A stretch of 64,000 bases of DNA from Spirochaetales bacterium (GTDB lineage: Bacteria; Spirochaetota; Spirochaetia; JABEVK01). How positions within the stretch are numbered: position 1 is the first letter of the stretch; each line of letters begins with the position of its first letter. The stretch spans positions 85,118 to 149,117 of the forward strand of contig JBAXAI010000006.1 of assembly GCA_037142615.1 (NCBI GenBank). Direction: 5' to 3'. Under the pieces are notes generated by a model. The model saw nothing but the letters and a program-made list of their open reading frames with translations. It was not told where the DNA came from and did no database searches. Below are positions 47,375 to 59,967 of this stretch, piece by piece. Position numbers and translations under genes: made by a program.

Positions 47375-49753
47375 ATGACACCCGAAGTGCTTGCCCCCGG
47401 TGGCAGTCTCGACCACGCGCTGTGGGCGCTCGAAGGCGGCGCCGACGCGGTCTATGTCGGTATGCAGAAGTTCTCGGCCCGCAGCCACGCCGACAATCTG
47501 ACACTCGACGACATGGCGGCCCTGACAGCCGTGGCCAAGAGTAAAAACGCCCGGGTGTTTTGCGCCCTGAATATCATCCTGGACGCCGACGAAACCGCCG
47601 AGGCCGTCGTGCTCGCGTGGGAACTGCACTTTCGCGGGGTCGATGCCCTCATTGTGCAAGACCTCGGTGTGGCGTTGGCCTTGCGCAAGTTCGGCCCACC
47701 GATCGACCTGCACGCGTCGACGCAGGCGGCGGTTCACAACGCCAGCGGGGTGGCCGCGCTCAAGGCCCTGGGGTTTTGCCGGGTAGTGCTGGCCCGCGAA
47801 CTGACCATGGACGAAATTCGCGCCCTTGTCGGTGCCGACCCGGCCATGGAGTACGAGGTGTTTGTGCACGGGGCGCTGTGCTACGCCGTCTCGGGCAATT
47901 GCATGGCGTCGGGCCTGATGATCGGCCGCTCGGCCAACCGGGGCGACTGCGGCCAGATCTGCCGCACCAAGTTCGAGCTCGACTACCTGATCCCGGGCCC
48001 TAAACGCCGCGAGAGCCCCCACGAAGAAGGCCTGCCCGAGGGCATCCACGCGCCGCCGGGCGAACTCACGTGGAAGGGCGGCGCAGCCGGGGCGTTTGCC
48101 AGCATGAACGACCTGGAACTCGGCGCCAGAATCCGCGAACTGCGGGCCTGCGGCGTGCAAAGCTTCAAGATCGAGGGGCGCATGAAGCCTCCCGCCTACA
48201 GCTTCAACACGGCCCGGGCGTACAAGGCCTTTCTCGAGGGCGGGCGCGACGCCGAAGCGTGGGGCTGGCTCGACGAGGCCCGCATGCGCTACGGACGCCT
48301 GCCAAGCGCCGGCTGGTTCGACGGCCACAAAGCCCTGGCGCAGACCAACCCTGGCTGGGCCGGCACGCTTGGCATGCCGCTGGGGGTAGTTTCGCACGCG
48401 GCCGAGCGCTCGGTACGGGTGCCCACGGGTGCCCGCACGAAGGTTTTTGCCAGATTGAGCAAGGGCGACGGCGTGCTCATCCTGGGTCCGGTGGCGGGTC
48501 AGGTGTTCCGCGGGGCCCTCACGGGCGAAGTGTCGATCCTCGGCTCGGGAACCAAGGCGGCAGCGGAACTCCCTCTGGCCGACAAGATCGGGTTCGACGC
48601 ACGCGAGGGCACGCTGTGGCTGGTGAGCCGCCACGATGGCAAGCTCCCGGTCAAAAAGACCGGCAAGACGTGGCGCCATCCAATCGGGCTGGTGGTGACG
48701 ATCGCGCCGGAGTCACCGACCGAGGCCGCTGCCCAAGTTCGCCGTTCGTCGATCACGGTAACCAGCCCCGACTTGGGTGGCCTGAGCTTCTCGGAGGTTC
48801 TGCTGGCCGACGAGGCACGGGGCGACCGTCGGCTAGAAGCTTCGCTGGCCGAGGTGCTCAGGGCTTCCGACAGCCGCTTTGGCCCAGGCGAGCTGGTGAT
48901 CCACAACACGGCAGGGGCGTTGTTCATTCAGCCCAAGGTGCTCAAGGAGTTCCGCCGCCGGTTCTATGCCCACGTCGAAGCCGCGGCCCAGGCCTTTGTC
49001 GCGGCGCTTCCCGGGCGCTTAGCCGCCGAAGTCGCCGTGCGAAAGCGCGCTGCGGGTAAAGCACCGCTGCGCGGAACGCTGTCGCCGCTCACCGGCGTCA
49101 ACAAGCTGGTGGGCTTTGTGGTCGAGTGGGAAAACCTCCGCGCCGAACACCTGCCCCAAACCCGGTGGGGGCTGGCGCTCCCACTGGCACCGTTCACCCC
49201 CGACGAAGGCTCGTATTTTCGGCGGCTGCGCGAGTTTCTGCTCCGGCTGAAAAACGAGGGAGTAACAGCCGTTTTGCCTGGGCTCAGCAATCCCGGGCAC
49301 CTGACCTGGCTAGGGCGCTTGCGGGCCGAGGGCTTGGCCACGGGTTCCTGGTTTGCCGACTGGGGCTTTCACAGCGCCAACCCCTGGACGCCAGCCCAAC
49401 TGGCCGAGGCCCTGCCGGGCCTGGAGTTTGTGGTGCCGTGGCTCGAGAGCCCCGACGGCGCCGACAAGAGCTACTTTCCGCCCCTTTTCACCAGCCGGGC
49501 CTGCATGCTGCGCAACAGCTTCGGCGACCTGGTGCCGTCGGCCCTTCCTACCCCGGGCAACCACGCCTTTGACTCACGCGACTGGATTTCGGCCCAGGTG
49601 ACTGGCAAAACACTCGCCCGTCCAGGGCAGGGACCCCGATGCCCCGACGGTTGCGCGGGCCACTTTTCGGCGCGGCTCACCCAGGGCAAACGCAACTTCC
49701 GCGTCGAGGCGCGCGACTGCATCAATTACCTGATCGCCGAGGAAAACGCCTGA
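47375..49753 (+). CDS. U32-family protein (RlhA-like rRNA hydroxylation protein)
   Basis: PEVLAPGG, GADAVY.G, HASTQ, RVVLAREL, EVFVHGALC..SG.C, RSANRG.C.Q.CR, SFKIEGRMK. Confidence 0.85.
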   Translation: MTPEVLAPGGSLDHALWALEGGADAVYVGMQKFSARSHADNLTLDDMAALTAVAKSKNARVFCALNIILDADETAEAVVLAWELHFRGVDALIVQDLGVALALRKFGPPIDLHASTQAAVHNASGVAALKALGFCRVVLARELTMDEIRALVGADPAMEYEVFVHGALCYAVSGNCMASGLMIGRSANRGDCGQICRTKFELDYLIPGPKRRESPHEEGLPEGIHAPPGELTWKGGAAGAFASMNDLELGARIRELRACGVQSFKIEGRMKPPAYSFNTARAYKAFLEGGRDAEAWGWLDEARMRYGRLPSAGWFDGHKALAQTNPGWAGTLGMPLGVVSHAAERSVRVPTGARTKVFARLSKGDGVLILGPVAGQVFRGALTGEVSILGSGTKAAAELPLADKIGFDAREGTLWLVSRHDGKLPVKKTGKTWRHPIGLVVTIAPESPTEAAAQVRRSSITVTSPDLGGLSFSEVLLADEARGDRRLEASLAEVLRASDSRFGPGELVIHNTAGALFIQPKVLKEFRRRFYAHVEAAAQAFVAALPGRLAAEVAVRKRAAGKAPLRGTLSPLTGVNKLVGFVVEWENLRAEHLPQTRWGLALPLAPFTPDEGSYFRRLREFLLRLKNEGVTAVLPGLSNPGHLTWLGRLRAEGLATGSWFADWGFHSANPWTPAQLAEALPGLEFVVPWLESPDGADKSYFPPLFTSRACMLRNSFGDLVPSALPTPGNHAFDSRDWISAQVTGKTLARPGQGPRCPDGCAGHFSARLTQGKRNFRVEARDCINYLIAEENA

Positions 49754-49801
49754 AGAGGCGGGAGACTAGCTTCTTTTTTATGGAGAGAGTAGACTTATTG
49801 A

Positions 49802-52331
49802 ATGACACTCTCGCTCGATACGCCCAGCGTCGCTGCCGTCATCGCCTTGTACTTCGTGGCTTTGGCAGTGGTGACAGGCTATTTGCACGTCAACGGAATT
49901 GCCGAGAAACGGGCCACAGGCCCGTGGTTTTTCGCCAACCTGTTGCTGCTGCTGTCGATGCTCTGCTACCTCGTGCGTCTCACCACCGACGTGGCCTCCC
50001 GTACCTCTGCTGGTCGTCACGAACGGGCTCCTGCTGCTGGGTTACGTTTTGAACGTCGTGGGTATGGCCCGCCTCCTTGAGGTCCCCTATCGCCTGGTGC
50101 CGAGTACTGTTGTCGTCGCGGTCACTTGCGCGTTGCTGGTGGTGTTTGCCACGTGGTGGAATGACCTGCTGGCGCGGTCGTCGACTTTTGCCGTGGGGAT
50201 GCTGATTCTGCAGGGCTTCGCCCTCCGAATGTACTGGAAAGCCCGCCGCCACGAACTGGCGTCGAAGCTTTTGCCCAGCTTGTGGTTTCACCTTTTCTTC
50301 GTGGTGCTCTTCGCCATTTGGGCAATGTGGCCCCTTTGGGACTCACCGAACGCCGACGTTCATACCCTTGGCGGTGCTCCGATTGCGATCTTCGCGCTGC
50401 TGCTCAACCTTGGAATCTTTGGGCTTCAAATGGGCGAACTCCTGTTCCTGAACCGCTGGATGACCCTCAGAGAAGCCTCACAAACCAACCTGAACCGACT
50501 CCTGCTGGATACCATGCCCGACCTGGTTTGGATGAAAGACACCGGCGGGACCTACCGCGTGGCCAACAGGGCCTTCCTCAAGACCTTCGCACCGAGTGAC
50601 GGTGAACTGATCGGGCGAACCGACTTTGACCTGATGGATAACGAGAGTGCTCGGAAACTGCGACGCGACGATGCAGAGGTCCTTCGGCAAGCAACGGTCC
50701 TGCGTTTCATCGACACGGTGCCAGCGGCCGACGGACGGACCATGAGTTTCGACACCATCAAGGCTCCGGTGTACAACTCGGCAAGCGAGGCCATCGGAGT
50801 CTTGGGGCTGGCGCGCGACCTCACCGAGCGCCTCGCAGCGGAACAGGACCTGAGGCGGAGCGAAGACCGCTTTCGGTCGCTGATCGAGCAGGCTCCGCTG
50901 GCGGTTTGCATCACTCGCGGACTGAGGATCATCTACGCGAACTCGAAGTTCCTGGCTGCCCTGGGTCTCGAGAGCACTCAGGTGATGGGTCTGTCGCTTT
51001 TTGCCTTCGTGGCTGTGGCCCACCGGTCTACCCTTACGAGGTACTTCCGTCGTCAGTTGGAAAGCCGGGCGCCGATGGAGATTGAGTCGAGGGCGCTTCG
51101 ACGCGACGGCACCGAGTTCCCGGTCCGGGTCAGTTCTTCGCTGGTCCAGCTTTCTGATGGCGACGCCGCCGTGTCGTTCCTGGCCGACCTGACCGAAGCC
51201 AAACAGGCCGAGGAGCACCGAGCAAAGTTGCAGGCCCAACTCCTGGAAGCGCAAAGGATAGAAAGTCTGGGCAACCTCGCCGGCGGCGTGGCGCACGACA
51301 TGAACAACACCCTCACGGCCATCCTGAGCGTGGCGACGGCTACTTTGGCGACGCAGGAAAGCAACGGAACAATCCAGCGACCGCTTTCGACCATTGTCAA
51401 AGCGGCCGAACGCGGGGGCAAAATGGTCAAGAGCCTGCTCGGCATCGCCCGCAAAACACCCCTGGAGTTCCTTCCTGTCGATATCAACCAAATGTTGCGC
51501 GAGGAGGCCTTTCTGCTCGAACGGGTCGCCCAAGGAAAGTCCCAACTCCGCCTCGACCTCGAAGTGGGGCTCAAGCCGGTGCTCGGCGACGCGAGCACCC
51601 TGTCGAACGCCATCATGAACCTTTGTATCAACGCCCTGGATGCCATGACCGAAAAAGGCACCCTGACCTTGCGAAGCCGTGACGGCGGCGACTGCGTCGA
51701 GATCCAGGTGGAAGACACCGGAGTGGGTATGTCCAAAGAGGTACTCGAGCGGGCAAGCGACCTGTTCTTCACGACGAAACGGCCCGGCAAGGGTACCGGC
51801 CTTGGGTTGGCCCTGGTCGCCTCGACGGTGCAGGCGCATGGGGGCAAAATGACGCTGGAAAGCGAGCTGGGCAAAGGAACGCTGGTGACGGTGCGGCTAC
51901 CGTTCGTCGAGGGGGCGGTGGTGGTCGAAGCCCCCAAGGTCTCCGGGCTGACCCAGGCTCAGCCGCTCCGGGTTCTGCTTATCGACGACGATGAACTGGT
52001 GCGCGAGGCCCTGCAGGAGTCGTTGGCTTTGTTGGGTCACCACGTGACTACGGCCGAGAGCGGCGAACACGCCCTGAGTCTGCTCACCGAGCAGGCATCG
52101 CCCGATGTCGTAATCCTCGACATGACCATGCCCGGGCTGGGTGGTGTTGGCACCCTTCCGCTCCTCAAGGGCAAGCTCCCGCTGGTGCCTGTGCTGCTTT
52201 CGACGGGGCAGCACGATCAAGCTGTGACCGACCTCGCTGCGTCGTTCCCCTCGGTACACATCCTGCCCAAGCCCTACTCCATCGAGGCGTTGCGCTCCAA
52301 GCTGCAAATGGCCGTTTCGCGCGGGGGCTAG
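49802..52331 (+). pseudogene. Membrane-anchored PAS-PAS hybrid histidine kinase with a frameshift near 50000
   Basis: The TM-rich N-terminus in the 49802 frame continues as VPLLVVTNGLLLLG... in the 49899 frame, followed by PAS, AHDMNN, NLCINA, FFTTK and REC LDMTMP. Confidence 0.7.
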
Positions 52332-52391
52332 CCACTTTCCACGGCGGACTTTTCCCGTGCTATGCTAACCGAGGTAACAAAGGAGCCTTGC

Positions 52392-53522
52392 ATGAAGAAG
52401 TTTTTTGCCGTTCTGGGTCTTTTGACCCTGACCCTTGGTCTCGCCTCGCAAGAAGCAGCACCGTCACCCGACCCCGCCGCAGGGTTCCTCACCTACACCC
52501 TGGCCGACTTCAACTTTCCCCTCGCCGAAGCCGAGGTGGGCGCAGCTTGGAACCAGGCGCTGTTGCCGGGGCTGCTCACGTCGTTTTACGGCCAAGTGGG
52601 GGGCGGCTACATGTGGCTCAAGAGCCCCCGCGACCTGACCACCGGCGACCCCACTTCCAGCCTGGGCGGTTTGGACGACCCGTACAAGTACGACAGCGCC
52701 TACGGTCGCTGGGCGGCGATTGTTCTGCAGGGTCTTGTTGCGAAGTCACCCACCAAAAACCTGCTCGAAGCCTTCGCCGGGTATCGCGGCCGCTACGAAG
52801 TCGCGCTGGTCGAGGCCTACCCGGGCACCCAAGCCCGTAACACAGCCATTTTCAGCGATGGCCTGAGCCTGCTCGGCAATTCGGTGTTGACGGGACTCAA
52901 ATACAACGGCCTCGACGCCAACGGCCACGACGTGCTCAGTGGCGTATACAGCGAACTTTCGGCCGAGTCCGACGTGAGCAGCTACTGGCGGACCACGTTC
53001 AAGGTGAAAGGGGCCCTCCCCTTGTTCGACGTGGCCCCCGACGACAAGATGAACCTGCTGTCGGGCTACGTGATCGGCCGCGTCATGGCCGACTACGCCG
53101 GCGCAGGGATGGCTGCGGGAACCAACGTGCCGTTGTACGTCGACACCAGTTTTGGCGGCTGGAAGTTCGGTGGCAACGCGGGCGAAGAAATCCGTGGCTA
53201 CAAGGGCCTGAACCTCAGCTCGACGTTCAAGGCCGTGGGCAACGCGGAGTTCCGGCTGATCGGCCCAGCGCTCTTCGGCTTCGAGTCGGTCTATCCGCTG
53301 GCCTTGGTCTTCGTCGATACGGCGTACTACAGCGGCTTTATCGACTCTCCCAACCATTCCAGCGACAGCGGTTTCGTGGCCACCACGGGTGCCGCCGTGG
53401 CGGTGAACGCGCTGGGCATCGGTCAGGTTGGAGCTCGCGTCGTGATGCCGGTGGTCCATACCGCAATCCCGGCACAGGTAGGCCAAACCAGCGTTGAGCT
53501 GATGCTGACCTGGAAGTTCTAG
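52392..53522 (+). CDS. Outer-membrane protein, Omp85/BamA-TamA barrel-like, no POTRA domains
   Basis: Signal peptide MKKFFAVL..., IRGY motif, KAVGNAEFR, FVD.AY, terminal WKF. Confidence 0.6.
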   Translation: MKKFFAVLGLLTLTLGLASQEAAPSPDPAAGFLTYTLADFNFPLAEAEVGAAWNQALLPGLLTSFYGQVGGGYMWLKSPRDLTTGDPTSSLGGLDDPYKYDSAYGRWAAIVLQGLVAKSPTKNLLEAFAGYRGRYEVALVEAYPGTQARNTAIFSDGLSLLGNSVLTGLKYNGLDANGHDVLSGVYSELSAESDVSSYWRTTFKVKGALPLFDVAPDDKMNLLSGYVIGRVMADYAGAGMAAGTNVPLYVDTSFGGWKFGGNAGEEIRGYKGLNLSSTFKAVGNAEFRLIGPALFGFESVYPLALVFVDTAYYSGFIDSPNHSSDSGFVATTGAAVAVNALGIGQVGARVVMPVVHTAIPAQVGQTSVELMLTWKF

Positions 53523-53534
53523 CCCCGGCCGACT

Positions 53535-55352
53535 CTATGGGGCCAGGGTCTCCAGCGCCGTCTTCACGTTGCCAAACGGGGGACTGACCTGGAGGCCCTG
53601 AATCAGCGGCCGGAAACGGGCAATGATTTCGCGGCTGATCGCGATGCCCTCTCGCCGCGCCGCTTCCTTGTCGTCGAAGCGGGCCATGCGGTCGAGCACG
53701 TTCTGCGGAATGTGCACGCCGGGCACCTCGGTGTTCAAAAACAGCGCGTTGCGGTAACTGGCCAGTGGCCATACCCCCAAGAGCACGGGCACCTTGAGCC
53801 GATTCAACTCCAGCAGAAACTTTTCGAGCACCGCGAGGTCCCAGACCGGCTGGGTGATGAAGTACTCGGTGCCGGCTTCGGCCTTTTGGCGCGCCCGTTC
53901 GAGCTCCTTTTCCATCACCGGGAACTCCGGATTGACGCCGGTGCCGTGCACAAAGCTGGTTTTTTGCGGCAGGGCCTCGGCGCCCATGTCGACCCCGCCG
54001 TTGAAGCGGCGCACAATCTTGGTCAGCCCGATGGAATCGACGTCGAACACGCCGGTCACGTTGGGGTATTTGCCCACTTTGGGCGGGTCGCCGGTCACCA
54101 GCAGCACGTTGCGCAGGCCGTCGGCGTGGTAACCGAACAGGTCGCCCTGCAGGCCGATCAGGTTTTTGTCGCGGCAGGCCAGGTGCAAAATCGGTTCCAA
54201 CTGGGTGGCGCGGGCAATCAGGCTGGCCGTCATCAGGGCACTGAGGCGGGCGCTGGCTCGGGGGCCATCGGGAAGGTTGACGAACTTCACGCCGCCGGCC
54301 TCGAGGTCGCGGGCCTTTTGCACCACGGCGCTGGCGTCCACGCCCAGTGGCGCCACCAGCTCGACGGTCTCGATCCACTCGCCGTGCGCCAAAGCTGCTC
54401 CCAACGCCGAACGCTCGGCCAGCGGCGCCTGCGGTTGTTCCACCACCTCGGGTGCGCTGGGAACCCACTTCACCTGGCGGCGGCCCGCGTCGAAGCTCAG
54501 AATCGCTTGGCCGGCCTTTTCGATGAACTCGGGCGTCGTGCCGCAGCACCCCCCCACTCCAGCAGCTCCGGCGTCGACGAACAGCTTGGCGTACTCGGCG
54601 AAGCTGTCGGGCGTCGTGGTGTAGAACTGGCGGCCGTCGATCTCTTTGGGCATTCCGCTGTCGGGCATGACGATCACCGGCTTGGTGAGGTGCTTTTTGA
54701 GGATGCTCAGCGCCTCGAGCGCGTCGGCGGGGCCCATTAGGTTGACCCCAACCACATCGACGGGCAAGGTTTGCAACAGCTGCGCCCACGCCTCGGCTTC
54801 GGTTCGGTAGTAGTCCTCGCCCGAAAACACAGCGCGTGCAAACGTGAACTGCGCCTGGATCGGCAAGTCGGGGGACAGACCTCGGGCGACCTCGACGGCC
54901 AAGGTCAGTTCTTCCCGGTTTTGAAACGTCTCCAGCAAGATGAGGTCGACCCCTGCACGCACCAAGGCCCCGATATGGGCCTCAAAACTGGCGCGGGCCT
55001 CCGGTCCCAGAGTCGCTTGCCCGGTAGGACCGACCGACCCGGCCACGTACACCTCGTCGCCGGCCGCCTGCCGCGCCAATCGGACAGCACTGGCGTTGAT
55101 GGCCTCGGTCTTCTCACTCAAATGCCAGCCCCGCAATTTGAGCGGATTGGCGCCGTAGGTGTTGGTTTCGATGGCCTGCGCGCCGCGGGCGATGTACTCC
55201 CGGTGCACGTCGAGCACCAACTGCGGGTGCGTCATGCACACTTCCTCGAAGCACTTTTTAAGGTACACGCCCTTGGTATACAGGTAGGTGGCCATGGCGC
55301 CGTCGAACAGCAACACGCCGTCGTTCAGGCGCTCGAGGTAGGGTTTGCGCAT
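53535..55352 (-). CDS. yitJ: Bifunctional homocysteine S-methyltransferase / 5,10-methylenetetrahydrofolate reductase
   Basis: FDGAMAT, ETNTYGAN, AGSVGP, LETF, GGCCGTTP, N.PDGPRA, HLACRDKN..GLQ, TGDPPK.G.YP, ITQP. Confidence 0.92.
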   Translation of the reverse strand: MRKPYLERLNDGVLLFDGAMATYLYTKGVYLKKCFEEVCMTHPQLVLDVHREYIARGAQAIETNTYGANPLKLRGWHLSEKTEAINASAVRLARQAAGDEVYVAGSVGPTGQATLGPEARASFEAHIGALVRAGVDLILLETFQNREELTLAVEVARGLSPDLPIQAQFTFARAVFSGEDYYRTEAEAWAQLLQTLPVDVVGVNLMGPADALEALSILKKHLTKPVIVMPDSGMPKEIDGRQFYTTTPDSFAEYAKLFVDAGAAGVGGCCGTTPEFIEKAGQAILSFDAGRRQVKWVPSAPEVVEQPQAPLAERSALGAALAHGEWIETVELVAPLGVDASAVVQKARDLEAGGVKFVNLPDGPRASARLSALMTASLIARATQLEPILHLACRDKNLIGLQGDLFGYHADGLRNVLLVTGDPPKVGKYPNVTGVFDVDSIGLTKIVRRFNGGVDMGAEALPQKTSFVHGTGVNPEFPVMEKELERARQKAEAGTEYFITQPVWDLAVLEKFLLELNRLKVPVLLGVWPLASYRNALFLNTEVPGVHIPQNVLDRMARFDDKEAARREGIAISREIIARFRPLIQGLQVSPPFGNVKTALETLAP

Positions 55353-55428
55353 GCGGCTAGAGTAGCGGAATTCGGGAAAGCTTGGGAGGCCCCTAGGCTT
55401 GCGGGACGTTTTGACCGATTCTGTGGTT

Positions 55429-58125
<2,697 letters not shown>

Positions 58126-58138
58126 GCAGAACGGGACT

Positions 58139-58750
58139 CTAGTTCAGCCGCGCCTCGAGCTCGGCGAGAACCTCTGCGATCGGGATGTCCTTCACCTCGA
58201 GCAGCACCATCATGTGGTAGATGAGGTCTGCCGCTTCGCCGATCATCTCTTTGCGGTCGGTGGCCAGAATGAGTTCGATGGCTTCTTCGCCGGTCTTCTT
58301 GCGGATTTTGTCTTCACCTTTCGTGAAGAGATGGGTCGTGTAGCTGCCCTCGGGCATGTCTTTGCGGCGCCCGGCGATCACCTGGCGCAGCATTTCCAGG
58401 GTGGAATCGCGCTGGGTCTTGGGGTTCGACGGGTCGTGCTGCAGGTCGCCGGGGGCGGGGCCGACCGAGTCGAGCTTCAAAAAGTCACCCATCTGTTTGT
58501 CGCGCTCTTTTTGGAACGCTTTGACGCCATTGGCATCGAGCACCACGCGGTAGTGGGTGGGCACCGAGGTTTCCAGGTGGACAAAACCCACGCCTTCCAA
58601 CGGCAGCACGCGATGGTTCACCGGATGCACAAACCAGAGTTCGTGACGTTCCAAGCTCTTCTGGTAAGCCTTGCGGTTGGTCAGCAAGGCGCCGAGAAAG
58701 CTGCCGTCGTAGGAGCGGACTTCGAGCGGAAGGGTCAGACCATCGTTCAC
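58139..58750 (-). CDS. hisE: Phosphoribosyl-ATP diphosphatase with degenerate HisI-like N-terminal domain
   Basis: C-terminal GSYT..LF.KG..KI.KK.GEEA.E...EAADL.YH. GTG start overlaps the hisA stop. Confidence 0.88.
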   Translation of the reverse strand: MNDGLTLPLEVRSYDGSFLGALLTNRKAYQKSLERHELWFVHPVNHRVLPLEGVGFVHLETSVPTHYRVVLDANGVKAFQKERDKQMGDFLKLDSVGPAPGDLQHDPSNPKTQRDSTLEMLRQVIAGRRKDMPEGSYTTHLFTKGEDKIRKKTGEEAIELILATDRKEMIGEAADLIYHMMVLLEVKDIPIAEVLAELEARLN

Positions 58751-59508
58751 CACAGGCCTCCGGTATCGGGGGTTTGATAGCGGCCGATCACGTCGGCCAG
58801 GTTGATACGGTTCTTGTAGAGCGCCTTGCCAGTGATGACACCCACCAGCAGCGGGTGCGCGGCCTGGGAGATCGCCTCGAAGTCGGCCAGGGAACTGACC
58901 CCGCCCGACAGGATCACGGGCAACCCGGCCGCTTCGGCCACGAGGAGCGTGCGCTCCAGGTCGGGGCCGCTGAGGGTGCCATCGCGATCGATGTTGGTGT
59001 ACACGAGGCTGATCAGGCCGAGTTCGCGGCAACGCGCGGCCAGGTCGGTGTCGAGCAGTTTGCTGCCTTGTTCCCAGCCGGAGACTTTCACTTCGCCGCC
59101 ACGGGCGTCGATGCCGCCGATGAACTTGGCCCCAAAGCGGGCCACCCAGCCGGCGACGGCGTCGGGATCACGAACCAGCAGGGTTCCGACGATCAGCCGA
59201 TCTGCGCCCGCGTCGAGCAACTCGGCCACGTCGTCGGCCGTGCGCACGCCGCCGCCGACCTCGACCACGCCGTCAAAGGCCTCGCACAACCGACGGATCA
59301 CCGGGCGGTTGATCGACGAACCTGCGGCGGTGGTGCCCCCGCGCGCGGCGTCGAGGTCAACGATGTGCAGTCGCTTTGCCCCGGCCGCCGCAAACTCCCG
59401 CGCCACGGCCACCGGGTCGAGCCCGTAGGTTTCCACCTGGCCGTAGTCGCCCTGATGCAGGCGCACGCACTGGCCGCCGAGCAGATCGATGGCCGGGAGA
59501 ATCAGCAT
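58747..59508 (-). CDS. hisA: ProFAR isomerase
   Basis: PAIDLLGGQCVRL.QGDY, LHIVDLD.A, VGGGVR, TNIDRDGTL.GP, SGGVSS, GKALY. Confidence 0.95.
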   Translation of the reverse strand: MLILPAIDLLGGQCVRLHQGDYGQVETYGLDPVAVAREFAAAGAKRLHIVDLDAARGGTTAAGSSINRPVIRRLCEAFDGVVEVGGGVRTADDVAELLDAGADRLIVGTLLVRDPDAVAGWVARFGAKFIGGIDARGGEVKVSGWEQGSKLLDTDLAARCRELGLISLVYTNIDRDGTLSGPDLERTLLVAEAAGLPVILSGGVSSLADFEAISQAAHPLLVGVITGKALYKNRINLADVIGRYQTPDTGGLW

Positions 59509-59509
59509 G

Positions 59510-59965
59510 CTAGAACCCGGCTCCGGCCAGGTGTTCCTTGAGGCTCTGCGACCAAGCCGCCAAAGCCTCGGGGGCCTGCGCCTTGCGGCTGTTGGGTCCT
59601 AACTTGAAGGCGAAACCGTCTCCCGGAAAGCGAGGCAGCACATGAAGGTGGGCGTGGGGAACTTCCTGCCCCGCGTCGGGCCCATCGTTGACGAAAAAGT
59701 TGACCCCCGAGCACTTCAGGGCGCCAGCACGAGCAGCGGCCTTTTGCGCGGCCGCCACTTTTTGGCCGATGGCCACCACGTGCGCGGCGAGGTCGGCCGG
59801 CAAGTCAGCGAAGTTCTCCACCGGTGCCTTGGGAATCACGAGCGTGTGCCCCGGGTTGATGGGGAAGATATCAAGGATGGCCAGGCAGTGGTCATCTTCG
59901 TACACCTTGTGGCTGGGCAATTCGCCGCGAAGAATGCGGGCAAAAATGTTGTGGGGATCGTACAC
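59510..59965 (-). CDS. HIT family protein
   Basis: NIFARILRGE, LDI.P..PGHTLVIPK, AGQEVPHAHLHVLPR. GTG follows GGAGG. Confidence 0.92.
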   Translation of the reverse strand: MYDPHNIFARILRGELPSHKVYEDDHCLAILDIFPINPGHTLVIPKAPVENFADLPADLAAHVVAIGQKVAAAQKAAARAGALKCSGVNFFVNDGPDAGQEVPHAHLHVLPRFPGDGFAFKLGPNSRKAQAPEALAAWSQSLKEHLAGAGF

Positions 59966-59967
59966 GG

